A DNA stretch of 64,000 bases from positions 85,698 through 149,697 of the forward strand of contig CAVTIO010000009.1 of assembly GCA_963734935.1 (NCBI GenBank). The letters run 5' to 3'. Positions 9,475 through 18,805 of the stretch are shown in pieces. The stretch comes from an uncultured Chloroflexia bacterium (GTDB lineage Bacteria; Chloroflexota; Limnocylindria; Limnocylindrales; CSP1-4). Below the pieces are notes generated by a model. That model ran no database searches, was not told the origin of the DNA, and was given only the letters and a program-made list of their open reading frames with translations. Numbering within the stretch: the first letter of the stretch is position 1; every line of letters begins with the position of its first letter. Made by a program: the position numbers and the translations under genes.

Positions 9475-11682
9475 TCATGTCAGCTCCACCTCGTCGGCCG
9501 TCCGATCGCGGGCAGCGCTGACCGCCTGGCGGAACGAGAAGCGACGGGACTCGCCGGGCGCCAGCTGGAGCGGCCACGACACCAGGAGCTCGCTGCCCTG
9601 GTAGGCACGCTCAAAGCCAGCCTCGGACTTGGACACGGTATCGATCGGATGCCACCAGGCGTCCGCCGGAGGGTCCGCGGCGGCCGTGATCGCCACCCCG
9701 ACCCAGTCGTTGCCGTAGCCAAGCTCGCGCATCGGGCCGGCCTGGCCCGCGCCATCATGTCGGGAGCGCGATCCGTCGACCGCGTACCATGCCTGCTCGT
9801 TCCCGCCCCCACCCAGAAGGTGGATCGACCATTCGAGCCCGAACCGGCAGTCGATCGCGGCGCTGCCACGATGGTGCAGCTCGACCTCGACCGCCAGCTC
9901 GGGATCCTGCCTGCCCCCGGTCAGGCGGATCGTCCTCCTGACCGTCACGTCCTGGTCGGCGACGGTGCCGTCTCGCGACATCGACACCTGCCCGGGTGCG
10001 ACGTGGTCGACGGTGAAATCGCCGTCAAAGGCGTCACCGAGCTCGGTCGCAGCTGCGACGGCGAATGCCTCGGGCGTCGTGTCGGGCGCCAGGAAGCGGA
10101 CAAGGGCGGATCGTCGCTCGTGGTCGTCGTATACGAGCATGCGTGCGAGCCCTTCCTCCTTGGCCGCCACGAGCTCATGGATGGGGGTGACACGGTCATC
10201 GCCGGTTCCGCCGTCCTGCTCGCCGACGTCGCTCCCGCCGTCGGTGGCCTCGCGCGCGAGCTCCACGGCTCGCAGTGTCTCGTGATAGGCCTCGGGCCGG
10301 CGCCGCAGCACGGCGCCCAGCGCATGACGGGCTGCGCGGATGTCCCATGCGCCGATCCCGCCGCCCTCGGACGGCTTGACGGTCACGACCTGGCCGGTGT
10401 CCGCCAGCAGGACCTCCGGTCGGCCGTCCAGGTCCAGGTCGCTCAGCATCGCCGCGTGCGTCGATCCCAGCTCTTGATCGGCCATGTCCTCGGCAGCGAT
10501 CAGGTGCTCATGGGTGGCCAGCCGCATGTGCGAGATGTAGATGCCGCCGAACAGCCCGTGCCAGTAGCAGTCATTGGACTGACCCCGGTGGAGGTGATCC
10601 TCGGCCAGCGTCCGTGTGGGGCCCGCCGGCATGCGGGCGACCTTGGATGAGATGCGCAGCATCTGCTTGTGGAGGTCGTTGACCTCGCGGTACTTGACCT
10701 GGAAGTTGCGCCAGAACCCGCCGCGCAGCCAACGAGCCTCGGGACGGTGTGCGGCGATCGCATCGTGTAGTGCCGACGAGAACGCGGTCGACTCGTCGGG
10801 CGGCAGCGCCCATTCGCCCATCTCCGCGTACGACGAGGTCGGCACATAGACACGACCGATCGGTGGCTCGCGATCCAGCCAATCGGAGGGCGTGACCATG
10901 GTCAGCCAGTCGGCGTTGGCCTCGAGCGCCTCGAAGAACCGCTCGACCCAGCGCCCGGCTCCCCAGCAGTGGTCATGGGTGGTGGGCCAGGCGCCGAACT
11001 TCTCGCCGTCGTCGCCCATCATTCCGATCCGGTCGCCCGCCTCGGTCGCGTGCGCACGCAGGTGCTCGACCACGTCGTCCACGGTGCCGAACGGGATCCG
11101 GTAGCGGAGGCCCTGCTCGGTGCCGAACACGGTCAGCAGCTGCCCCTGGTCCTCGGTGGTGTATGTGCCCCAGAGGCCTTCCTCGGGGATGGCTGCTGCC
11201 CGGAAGTGCTGGTCGTCGAGGATCGTCCAGCGATAGCCGGCAGCGGTGAGCGAGGCCGGCAGATCCGGCTCCCAGACGCGCTCCGCCAGCCAGGCGCCCT
11301 GCGGTCGGTGGCCGCTGAGCCGCTCGACAGCGTCGGCCATGCGCGTCAGCTGCACCACGCGGTCACGTTCGGGCAGCGAGGCAAGCACGGGCTCGTACAG
11401 GCCCCCACCCATCAGCTCCACCTGGCCGTGGTCGACGAGGGTTGCGAGGCGGTCCAGGAAGTCCCGCTGCTCCGCGTCGAGCCACTCGAGCAGGGGGCCG
11501 GTGTAGTGCAGCGCGACGCGGACCCCGGGGTGCCGCTCGAGCGACTCGACGAGCGGTCGATACGCGCGGTCGTAGACCTCCGCAATGACCCAGCCGAAGT
11601 TGCCGACTGGCTGGTGGTTGTGGATCGCCAGGGCAAGCGAGATCCGGTGGCTCACGCGTGCGTCCTCTCTTCGCGGGTCCAA
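9475..11682 (-). CDS. GH57-family alpha-glucan enzyme (alpha-amylase/4-alpha-glucanotransferase-like)
   Basis: 735 aa; LALAIHNHQPVGNF...HYTGPLLEWL...GGGLYEPVLASLP...WLAERVWEP...MMGDDGEKFGAWP are the canonical GH57 motifs. Confidence 0.85.
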   Translation of the reverse strand: MDPRREDARVSHRISLALAIHNHQPVGNFGWVIAEVYDRAYRPLVESLERHPGVRVALHYTGPLLEWLDAEQRDFLDRLATLVDHGQVELMGGGLYEPVLASLPERDRVVQLTRMADAVERLSGHRPQGAWLAERVWEPDLPASLTAAGYRWTILDDQHFRAAAIPEEGLWGTYTTEDQGQLLTVFGTEQGLRYRIPFGTVDDVVEHLRAHATEAGDRIGMMGDDGEKFGAWPTTHDHCWGAGRWVERFFEALEANADWLTMVTPSDWLDREPPIGRVYVPTSSYAEMGEWALPPDESTAFSSALHDAIAAHRPEARWLRGGFWRNFQVKYREVNDLHKQMLRISSKVARMPAGPTRTLAEDHLHRGQSNDCYWHGLFGGIYISHMRLATHEHLIAAEDMADQELGSTHAAMLSDLDLDGRPEVLLADTGQVVTVKPSEGGGIGAWDIRAARHALGAVLRRRPEAYHETLRAVELAREATDGGSDVGEQDGGTGDDRVTPIHELVAAKEEGLARMLVYDDHERRSALVRFLAPDTTPEAFAVAAATELGDAFDGDFTVDHVAPGQVSMSRDGTVADQDVTVRRTIRLTGGRQDPELAVEVELHHRGSAAIDCRFGLEWSIHLLGGGGNEQAWYAVDGSRSRHDGAGQAGPMRELGYGNDWVGVAITAAADPPADAWWHPIDTVSKSEAGFERAYQGSELLVSWPLQLAPGESRRFSFRQAVSAARDRTADEVELT

Positions 11683-11741
11683 GACGGAGGCGGCGCCGGT
11701 CGACGTCGAGCTCGCCGCCGGTCAGCCGATGGGGAATCCGT

Positions 11742-13922
11742 TCAGGCGCCGTCCGTGTCCGGTGGCTCGTTGGCGGCCGCGGGAAGATAGAGCCGTTCCA
11801 CGTATTCGTGCAGCATCCGCGTCGTCGAGAAGCGCCAGATGGTGCTCGAGATCGAGTTGCGCATGAGCTGGATCCAACGCTCCGGCAGCTCATGCGCGTC
11901 GCGCTCGTAATAGGCGGGAACCAGCTCCTGCTCGAGGATCCGGTACAGGTCCTGGGCGTCGGCCCAATCCTGCGCGCCCTCGTCCGGGTTGGTCTCCCGA
12001 CCGCCGATTGCCCAGCCGTTGTCGCCCGTCCAGCCCTCGTCCCACCAACCGTCGAGCACGCTCAGGTTGAGCACACCGTTCGCGGCGGCCTTCATCCCCG
12101 ACGTGCCCGAGGCCTCCAGCGGCCGGCGCGGGTTGTTGAGCCAGACGTCGACGCCCTGGACCAGGAACCGGCCGATCCGAATGTCGTAGTCCTCGAGGAT
12201 GAACACCCGGCCCCGATGGCGTGGGTTTCGCGAGCGGCCGAAGATGTCCTGGATGACGCCCTGACCGGGACGGTCCGCGGGGTGGGCCTTGCCGGCGAAC
12301 ACGATCTGGATCGGCCGCTCCTCGTCCCACAGCAGCCGCGAGATGCGGTCCGGGTCCGAGAACACCAGCGCCGCCCGCTTGTAGGTCGCGAACCGGCGGG
12401 CGAAGCCGATGGTCAGGATCGACGGGTCGAGGACGTGCTCAAGCTCCTCCAGTGACGAGGGCGCTTCGCCATGGCGCGCGAACTGGTTGCGCAGCCGGCC
12501 GCGCGCGAAGATCGCGAACTCCAGCTTCTGGCGCTGGTGCGCTTCCCACAGATCTCGGGCGGGCACCTTGCCCAGCCGGTCCCAGAAGCGGCGCGAGGCG
12601 GGCTGGTCGTCCATGGTCACCATATCGGCGTTGGTGTACCGCTCGAGGAGGTCGCGCATCGGCTGACCCAGCCACGTGGGCGTGTGGACGCCGTTGGTCA
12701 GGCCCAGGATCTCGTGCGGCGAGATCTGGCTCCAGGTGGCGTTGGCCGTGTGGCCGTGCAGCTGCGACACGGCGTTCGCGCCGTTGGTCATGCGGAGGCT
12801 GAGCGCGGTCATGTCGAACTGGGACGGATCATCGTCCACGCCCCGGCCCAGCTCCAGCAGGCGGGGTGTCGGGACACCGCCCGTACCGGGACGACCGTCG
12901 CCGTCGAGCAGGGGGCCGACCACGCGTCGAACGAGGTCGGCATCGAACCGCTCGTTGCCCGCCGATACCGGCGTGTGGATGGTGAACACGCTGTTGCCGC
13001 TGACCCGCTTCCAGGCGTCGTCGAGCGCGGCACCACCCGCGACCAGCTCCCGGGCGCGCTCCGCGAGAAGGAACGCCGAGTGCCCCTCGTTGAGGTGCCA
13101 CAGGCCTGGCTGGATGTCCAGCGCGCGCAGCGCTCGGACGCCGCCGACGCCCAGCACGAGCTCCTGGTGCAGCCGCATCTCGCGACCACGCACATAGAGG
13201 ATGTGCGTGATCGGGCGATCGGAGTCGTCGTTGTCGGGGACATCGGTATCGAGCAGCAGGACCGGGACCCGGCCCACCTGGACCACCCACACGGCGGCCG
13301 CCAGGTCACGTCCGGGCAGGGGGACCGTCACGATGAGCGGCTCTCCCAGGCGGTCGAGCGCCCGCAGAACCGGCAGCCGTGCGAACTCGTAGTCGGGGTA
13401 GGCGTGCTCCTGGTGGCCATCGGCGTCGATCGTCTGGCGGAAATAGCCGCGCCGGTACATGAGGCCGACGCCCACCAGCGGGAGTGCCATGTCCGAGGCG
13501 GTCTTCATGTGGTCGCCCGCCAGAACCCCCAGGCCGCCGGCGTAGATCCCGAGCGACTCATGGAGCCCGTACTCGGCGCAGAAATACGCGATCGGACCGT
13601 TCAGATCCTTGCCGTGCTTGCGCTGGAACCAGTGGTCGGCGCCGTTGGCCATGTAGGCGTCGAACTCCTGGAGGATGCCCTCGTACTCGGCCATGAACGC
13701 CGGGTTGCCGAGGAGCTGGCCCCACTCGACCGGTCCGGACAGCACCGGGATCGGGTTCCGGTATCTGGCCCACGCTCCGGCGTCGATGCGGGAGAACAGC
13801 ACCCGGGCTCGGGGGTGCCAGCCCCACCACATGTTGTACGCGAGACGACGGAGCCCTTCCAGCTTGGGCGGCACGTGGAAGGGGGCACCGGGTTGGGCCG
13901 GTACGTGAACGAGGGGTTCCAT
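11742..13922 (-). CDS. glgP: Alpha-glucan (glycogen) phosphorylase, GT35, short actinobacterial GlgP type
   Basis: LAYNMWWGWH...YFCAEYGLHESLGIYAGGLGVLAGDHMKTASDMALPLVGVGLMYRRGYFRQ...TNGVHTPTWL...EASGTSGMKAAANGVLNLSVLDGWWDE. The ORF extends to 14108, but the Arg-rich 62-aa N-terminus looks spurious; the ATG at 13922 (MEPLVHVPAQ) is preferred. Confidence 0.85.
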   Translation of the reverse strand: MEPLVHVPAQPGAPFHVPPKLEGLRRLAYNMWWGWHPRARVLFSRIDAGAWARYRNPIPVLSGPVEWGQLLGNPAFMAEYEGILQEFDAYMANGADHWFQRKHGKDLNGPIAYFCAEYGLHESLGIYAGGLGVLAGDHMKTASDMALPLVGVGLMYRRGYFRQTIDADGHQEHAYPDYEFARLPVLRALDRLGEPLIVTVPLPGRDLAAAVWVVQVGRVPVLLLDTDVPDNDDSDRPITHILYVRGREMRLHQELVLGVGGVRALRALDIQPGLWHLNEGHSAFLLAERARELVAGGAALDDAWKRVSGNSVFTIHTPVSAGNERFDADLVRRVVGPLLDGDGRPGTGGVPTPRLLELGRGVDDDPSQFDMTALSLRMTNGANAVSQLHGHTANATWSQISPHEILGLTNGVHTPTWLGQPMRDLLERYTNADMVTMDDQPASRRFWDRLGKVPARDLWEAHQRQKLEFAIFARGRLRNQFARHGEAPSSLEELEHVLDPSILTIGFARRFATYKRAALVFSDPDRISRLLWDEERPIQIVFAGKAHPADRPGQGVIQDIFGRSRNPRHRGRVFILEDYDIRIGRFLVQGVDVWLNNPRRPLEASGTSGMKAAANGVLNLSVLDGWWDEGWTGDNGWAIGGRETNPDEGAQDWADAQDLYRILEQELVPAYYERDAHELPERWIQLMRNSISSTIWRFSTTRMLHEYVERLYLPAAANEPPDTDGA

Positions 13923-13954
13923 GAGCCGCCCATGATAGCGGCGCGATCTGCGCC

Positions 13955-15550
13955 GTGACAGCGACCGTTGCGGAAGGCCTCTCTCGTAGGATGGGGGCCA
14001 TGGTGTTTCCCGACCCGTCTCCCCGGCCCGACGCGTCGCCGGCGCCGGGCGCTCGAGCACCCCGTGGGCGGCTGCGCGTCGTGATGATCGCCGCCGAGTG
14101 CGAGCCATGGGCGAAGGCCGGCGGCCTGGCGGATGTCGTCGATGGTCTGGCTCGCGGCCTCGGCCGGATGCCCGGTCACGCGACCGCGCTCGAGACGCCG
14201 CTGGATGTCTTCCTGCCCCGCTACCGGACCGTGCCGGTTCCCGCCTCCGCCGAGGCCGAGCCCGCGCTGGAGATCGAGGACCCCGACCTGGATCACCCGG
14301 ACAGTCGACTCGGCGTCCGTGTGATCAACGTCCCGGCCGATGGCTACCGGCTCCGACTGGTCGACGTCGCGCGCGCGTTCGACCGAGATGGGATCTATGA
14401 CCAGCCCGACGACGCGTGGCGGTTCGCCGTCCTGGCCCGAGCCACGCTGGCCGCCCTTCGCCGCGACGGTCGCCCCCTGGACGTGCTCCACGTCCACGAC
14501 TGGCACACGGGTCCGGTGCTGCTGGAACGGGCGCGTGCCGTGGCCACTGGCGACCGGTTCGTTGGCGGGATGGCGGTGCTGGCCACGCTCCACAATCTCT
14601 CGTACCACGGCTGGACGCCGCGAGAGCGCCTGCACGAGCTCGGGCTGCGTGAGGGCGATGCGCTGGCAGGCCCCAATCCGGATGGCATCGACCTGCTCCG
14701 GACCGTTGTCGATGGTGCGGACCTCGTCAACACCGTCTCACCCGGGTACACGAGGGAGGCCCGCACGACCGAGTACGGCATGGGACTGGACGAGCCGCTT
14801 CGCGGGAGGGGCGACCGGTTCTTCGGCATCCTCAACGGGCTTGACCCCGACGTTTGGGATCCGGAGACCGACGATGCCCTCTCGGCGCGGTACCGGTGGG
14901 GCGCGATGGGTGGCAAGGCCACCTGCCGCCGTGAGCTGCTGACACAGCTGGGCTTCGATGGCGAGGACGATGGCCTCGTCGTCGGCTCGATCGGTCGTCT
15001 CGACCCGCAGAAGGGCTTCGATCTGATCGCTGCCGCCGGCGGGGACCTGCTTGCGGATGGGGTCAGGCTGGTGGTCCTCGTCGATCGGCCGGGCGAGCTT
15101 GCCGCTCCGTTGCGAGCGCTGGCGGCCGCGCACCCGGATCGGGCGGTCCTCATCGAGCGTTTCGATCGCGCCCTCGCCCGCCGCATCTACGCTGGTGTCG
15201 ACGCCTTCCTGATGCCGTCCCGCTTCGAGCCCTGCGGCCTGGGCCAGATGATCGCCCTCCGCTATGGGACGCCGCCGATCGTGCGCCGGACGGGCGGTCT
15301 CGCCGACTCCGTGATCGACGTCGACGAGCACCCCGGTGGCGGCACGGGCTTCCAGTTCGACGATGCCACGCCGGAGGCGCTCGTGGGTGCCATCGGCCGC
15401 GCGGCCACGCTGCGCTCCAGCGCCCCCGCCGCGTGGTCGGCGCTTCAAGCGCGGGCGATGGCCGTGGACCTGCGCTGGGACACCGGTGCCGCACCCCGGT
15501 ATCTCGAGGCGTATCGGCGAGCTGTCGCGATCAGACGAGGCGAGGATTGA
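13955..15550 (+). CDS. glgA: Glycogen/starch synthase (GT5, NDP-glucose type)
   Basis: VVMIAAECEPWAKAGGLADVVDGLARGL...HVHDWHTG...FLMPSRFEPCGLGQMIALRYGTPPIVRRTGGLADSV. True start possibly internal (around residue 40). Confidence 0.8.
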   Translation: MTATVAEGLSRRMGAMVFPDPSPRPDASPAPGARAPRGRLRVVMIAAECEPWAKAGGLADVVDGLARGLGRMPGHATALETPLDVFLPRYRTVPVPASAEAEPALEIEDPDLDHPDSRLGVRVINVPADGYRLRLVDVARAFDRDGIYDQPDDAWRFAVLARATLAALRRDGRPLDVLHVHDWHTGPVLLERARAVATGDRFVGGMAVLATLHNLSYHGWTPRERLHELGLREGDALAGPNPDGIDLLRTVVDGADLVNTVSPGYTREARTTEYGMGLDEPLRGRGDRFFGILNGLDPDVWDPETDDALSARYRWGAMGGKATCRRELLTQLGFDGEDDGLVVGSIGRLDPQKGFDLIAAAGGDLLADGVRLVVLVDRPGELAAPLRALAAAHPDRAVLIERFDRALARRIYAGVDAFLMPSRFEPCGLGQMIALRYGTPPIVRRTGGLADSVIDVDEHPGGGTGFQFDDATPEALVGAIGRAATLRSSAPAAWSALQARAMAVDLRWDTGAAPRYLEAYRRAVAIRRGED

Positions 15551-15688
15551 CGCGGTCAGCTCGCTCCGTCCGCGCACCGGTTCTTGGTGAGCCGCGCCGG
15601 GTCACGTTCGCCGCGGCTGTCCGCACATGCGAGAATCGCCCTCGACCCGCCCAGCCCCTCCACGGGGCCAGCCGTCCGGAGGTGATCG

Positions 15689-16075
15689 ATGCCCAGGCAG
15701 TTTGTCGTCCAGGTCACCAACAAGCCCGGCCAGATGGCCGATCTCGCGGAGCAGATGGCCGCGCGAGGCGTGGACCTGCGGGCAATCGGCGGCGGCGGGA
15801 TCGGAGAGGTCGGCCACATGATCATGACCACCGCCGACGATGATGCCGCCCGCCAGGTCCTCGAGGAAGGCGGCTGGACGTTCATCGAGGGCGAGTCGCT
15901 GCTGGCCGAGGTCGACGACCAGCCGGGTGGGATGGCGCGCATCGCCCGGGAGCTCGCCGAGGCCGGCGTCAACGTGATGGGCCACCTGTTCCTCGGCCGG
16001 TGGAGCGACCGCGCGACGTTCGCGTTCGTGGTCGACGACCCGGACAAGGCGCGCCCGATCCTGGAACGCCGGTAG
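15689..16075 (+). CDS. ACT-domain protein (tandem ACT, about 128 aa)
   Basis: Strong SD GGAGGTGATCG immediately before the ATG. The composition and pattern are typical of an ACT-domain protein: FVVQVTNKPGQMADLAEQMAARGVDLRAI...GMARIARELAEAGVNV. Confidence 0.6.
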   Translation: MPRQFVVQVTNKPGQMADLAEQMAARGVDLRAIGGGGIGEVGHMIMTTADDDAARQVLEEGGWTFIEGESLLAEVDDQPGGMARIARELAEAGVNVMGHLFLGRWSDRATFAFVVDDPDKARPILERR

Positions 16076-16097
16076 GGCTCGGACGAGGCTGACCGGG

Positions 16098-16988
16098 ATG
16101 CGTGTCGGGATCATCGCGCCACAGGGCTGGACGGGCGAGTACGACGGTTGGGATCCGACGCGCGCCTGGGCGCGCACGGTTGCGGTCGCGCACGAGGCCG
16201 AGGGGCTCGGGTTCGATTCGGTCTGGCTGTTCGACCACCTCCAGACCGAGCCTGTCCCGACCGACGAGATCGTGTTCGAGTCGTTCGTCGGGCTGTCGGC
16301 CCTGGCGGTCGAGACCGCGCGCGTCCGGCTCGGCCACCTCGTCCTGTGCGCCGGCTACCGCAACCCCGCGCTGGTGGCCAAGATGATCTCGACGCTCGAC
16401 GTCGTCTCCGGAGGCCGCGCGGAGCTGGGTATCGGCGCCGGCTGGAAGGAGGACGAGTACGTGGCGTACGGCTGGGGCTTCCCGCCGCTGCGAACCCGCA
16501 TGGAGGCGCTCGAGGATGCGCTCGAGATCACGTCGCGGATGCTCGCACCCGGGCGCACCACCTACTCGGGTCCCACCGCCGCCGTCAGCGAGGCCATCAA
16601 TGTGCCCGCCGGCCTCCAGCAGCCGCGCATCCCGATCCTGGTCGGCGGCAATGGGCCCAACCGCACCTGGCGCCTGGCGGCCCGCTTCGCGGACGAGCTC
16701 AACCTCGACTGGCTGTCACCCGAGGAGATCGTGGCGGCGCGGCCCGTGATCGCGTCCCGGTGCGAGGAGATCGACCGCGACCCTGCGACCCTGCGAGTCT
16801 CGGTCAACATCGGCCGTCCCCACTCCGAGCCGGAGGGCCAGGAGAGGGTGGATCTGCTGCGGGCCTATGCCGACGCCGGCGTGGATCGGGTGATGACCCT
16901 GGTCCGGGCGTCGGCCGGGGATGACGGGGCCCTCGAGCGGTTCGCCGAGGACTGCGTGAAGGCTGGAGCCGAGCTCGACATCGAGTGA
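16098..16988 (+). CDS. LLM-class (luciferase-like) flavin/F420-dependent oxidoreductase
   Basis: MRVGIIAPQGW...GFDSVWLFDHL...LGIGAGWKEDEYVAYGW...PILVGGNGPNRTWRLAARFADELN is the typical LLM TIM-barrel pattern. Confidence 0.75.
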   Translation: MRVGIIAPQGWTGEYDGWDPTRAWARTVAVAHEAEGLGFDSVWLFDHLQTEPVPTDEIVFESFVGLSALAVETARVRLGHLVLCAGYRNPALVAKMISTLDVVSGGRAELGIGAGWKEDEYVAYGWGFPPLRTRMEALEDALEITSRMLAPGRTTYSGPTAAVSEAINVPAGLQQPRIPILVGGNGPNRTWRLAARFADELNLDWLSPEEIVAARPVIASRCEEIDRDPATLRVSVNIGRPHSEPEGQERVDLLRAYADAGVDRVMTLVRASAGDDGALERFAEDCVKAGAELDIE

Positions 16989-17030
16989 GCCGGCGCTCGT
17001 CTCACGCACGGCGAACCGGCGATCAACAGC

Positions 17031-18152
17031 TCAGCCGGACGCGGCGACAACCACCCGGGATCTCCCGTTCGGTGCCAGGAGCGTCAGGAGGTTGGTCGCC
17101 TCAGCCTCCGCCGCCTGCCGGTGGGCAGGCTCCAGCCGCATGATCGGCTCGATCGTCAGCGTGGTCACCCGGTCGCGTGACTCGCGGCCCGGACGCTCCA
17201 GCTTCCAGAAGCCAGCCAGAAACCCGTCGACGAGGAATGAAGGGCGACCGATGATGCCCGAGGCGCCGACGGCACGGAGGACGTCGGGCAGGACTCGGCT
17301 CCGGTCGGCGTGGCCGAGGAGGACGTTGTCGTAGTCGGGCAGGAACCGCACCGGGACCGGAACATCGCCCTCGACGAACAGCCAGTCGGGCACATCGAAC
17401 AGCTCCCGCCCCTGGTCATCGTGCACCACGGCAAGCCGCGGTCGGAGCCGCTCGACCGCATCGCGCAGACCGCCGAGCCTCGACCATGCCGCCATGTCGG
17501 CGACGGTCGCCGGGCCGAATGCCGCCAGGTAGCGGAGGATCGTGGCATCGGGCTCGGTCTCGGATCCCAGCGTGCGGCCGGTCCAGGCTTCGATCGTCGT
17601 GAGCCGCGGAGCGCCGGGCATCCCCCACACGCCACGGGGCGGGACCTGGAGGGTCGGCAGGAGGTTGCGAATCGCGTAGGCGAGGCTGGTCGCGTCGCGA
17701 TCCGGCCAGCGGTGCGCCATGGCCGTCCGGAGCTCGGCGAGCGTCCGCGCCTGCTCGTCGACGAGCGATCGCCCGAACGCAAGGACCGGCTCGAGGTCGA
17801 TGCCCTCGAGTCCCGCCCTGTATGTCCGGTTTCGGAACAGCTCTCCGTTGAGCACCGGCTGCACGACGGGCCGCAGCGCGAGCGCATCATCGACCGAGAC
17901 CAGGTGGATCGTGCCACGCATCAGGACCATGCGGACGACGCGTCGGTCGAGGAGCATGCGCCCGAGCTCCGCCGGATCGAAGGACTCGATGCGCGACCAG
18001 AGGGCGACGTACGGGGACATCGGCACCTGGGCCTGGAGTCCGACCAGATGCTCGATCACCTCCAGCATCGGCCGCTCGACGCGCGCGAGCAGCAGCTGGC
18101 GGGCCAGCAGGGTCCGGTTGAGATCGCGGGTGGACAGCCGCGCACTCTTCAC
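17031..18152 (-). CDS. Winged-helix DNA-binding protein, YcaQ/AlkZ-like (DNA glycosylase family)
   Basis: ...LEVIEHLVGLQAQVPMSPYVALWSRIESFDPAELGRMLLDRRVVRMVLMRGTIHLVS...WKLER. The ORF to 18437 has an Arg-rich N-terminal extension that would nearly reach the tRNA, so the GTG at 18152 (VKSARLSTRDL) is preferred. Confidence 0.65.
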   Translation of the reverse strand: MKSARLSTRDLNRTLLARQLLLARVERPMLEVIEHLVGLQAQVPMSPYVALWSRIESFDPAELGRMLLDRRVVRMVLMRGTIHLVSVDDALALRPVVQPVLNGELFRNRTYRAGLEGIDLEPVLAFGRSLVDEQARTLAELRTAMAHRWPDRDATSLAYAIRNLLPTLQVPPRGVWGMPGAPRLTTIEAWTGRTLGSETEPDATILRYLAAFGPATVADMAAWSRLGGLRDAVERLRPRLAVVHDDQGRELFDVPDWLFVEGDVPVPVRFLPDYDNVLLGHADRSRVLPDVLRAVGASGIIGRPSFLVDGFLAGFWKLERPGRESRDRVTTLTIEPIMRLEPAHRQAAEAEATNLLTLLAPNGRSRVVVAASG

Positions 18153-18493
18153 AGCGCGCAGCGTACGGCATCCGGCCCGTGCGACGCACCACCCGAGACC
18201 CACATGCCGCCGGCCGCCCCGCGACAGGTGGAGCGGGGGGTGACCGAGCGCCGGCCTGCGCGTGGATGCAGTGAGCCGAGGAGCGTGGCCGGCAGGCTGT
18301 GACCCCGCCGGCTCGCGGCCTTGGACCACGGCGGTGCGCCAGCGCACCACAAGGTGAGCGTCCGCGGTGCGAAGGCGGTGCGTTCGCGCACGCTGGCGCG
18401 CACCGAGCGCGGTTTGTGAGCGGCGCCTGGTCGACATCGCCTGCGCCCATCAACAAGCGTCGCCGACGGCTCCGCTATAGTTGGCCGCCGCAA

Positions 18494-18569
18494 GCGGGAG
18501 TAGCTCAGTTGGCAGAGCGGCAGCCTTCCAAGCTGCATGTCGCGGGTTCGAACCCCGTCTCCCGCTCCA
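18494..18569 (+). tRNA. tRNA-Gly (anticodon TCC), genomically encoded CCA
   Basis: GCGGGAG-TA-GCTC-AGTTGGCA-GAGC-G-GCAGC-CTTCCAA-GCTGC-ATGTC-GCGGG-TTCGAAC-CCCGT-CTCCCGC-T-CCA. Hand-folded cloverleaf with 7-bp acceptor stem, D arm, anticodon loop C-T-TCC-A-A and T arm GTTCGAA. Confidence 0.85.
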
Positions 18570-18805
18570 ATCGCATTGCAGGCTGCCGGCGCGGCAGGTG
18601 GGCAACTGGTCGGGGAGAGATCGAGCGATGCCCTCCAGTGTCGGACCACATCGACTGCGCGGCGCGCGCACGAGCACGTGGGTGAGATGAGGCATTCGTT
18701 CCGGCCCGGGGGGCGGCTCAGGACGGCGCGATCCAGGGCGGCTGATCTGGGGCCGCTGCGTCGACGCGGTGCAGCTCAGCGCGTTCGGACCAGTACCGGC
18801 GTCCA

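Noticed and set aside
9649-14108. Long opposite-strand ORFs 9649..10650, 10969..11790, 11658..12455, 12471..13958 and 13601..14635
   Set aside because: They are mirror ORFs of the GH57, glgP and glgA genes, all with the antisense-type composition of a GC-rich genome.
14738-15577. 279-aa minus ORF inside glgA
   Set aside because: It is a shadow of the glycogen synthase gene.
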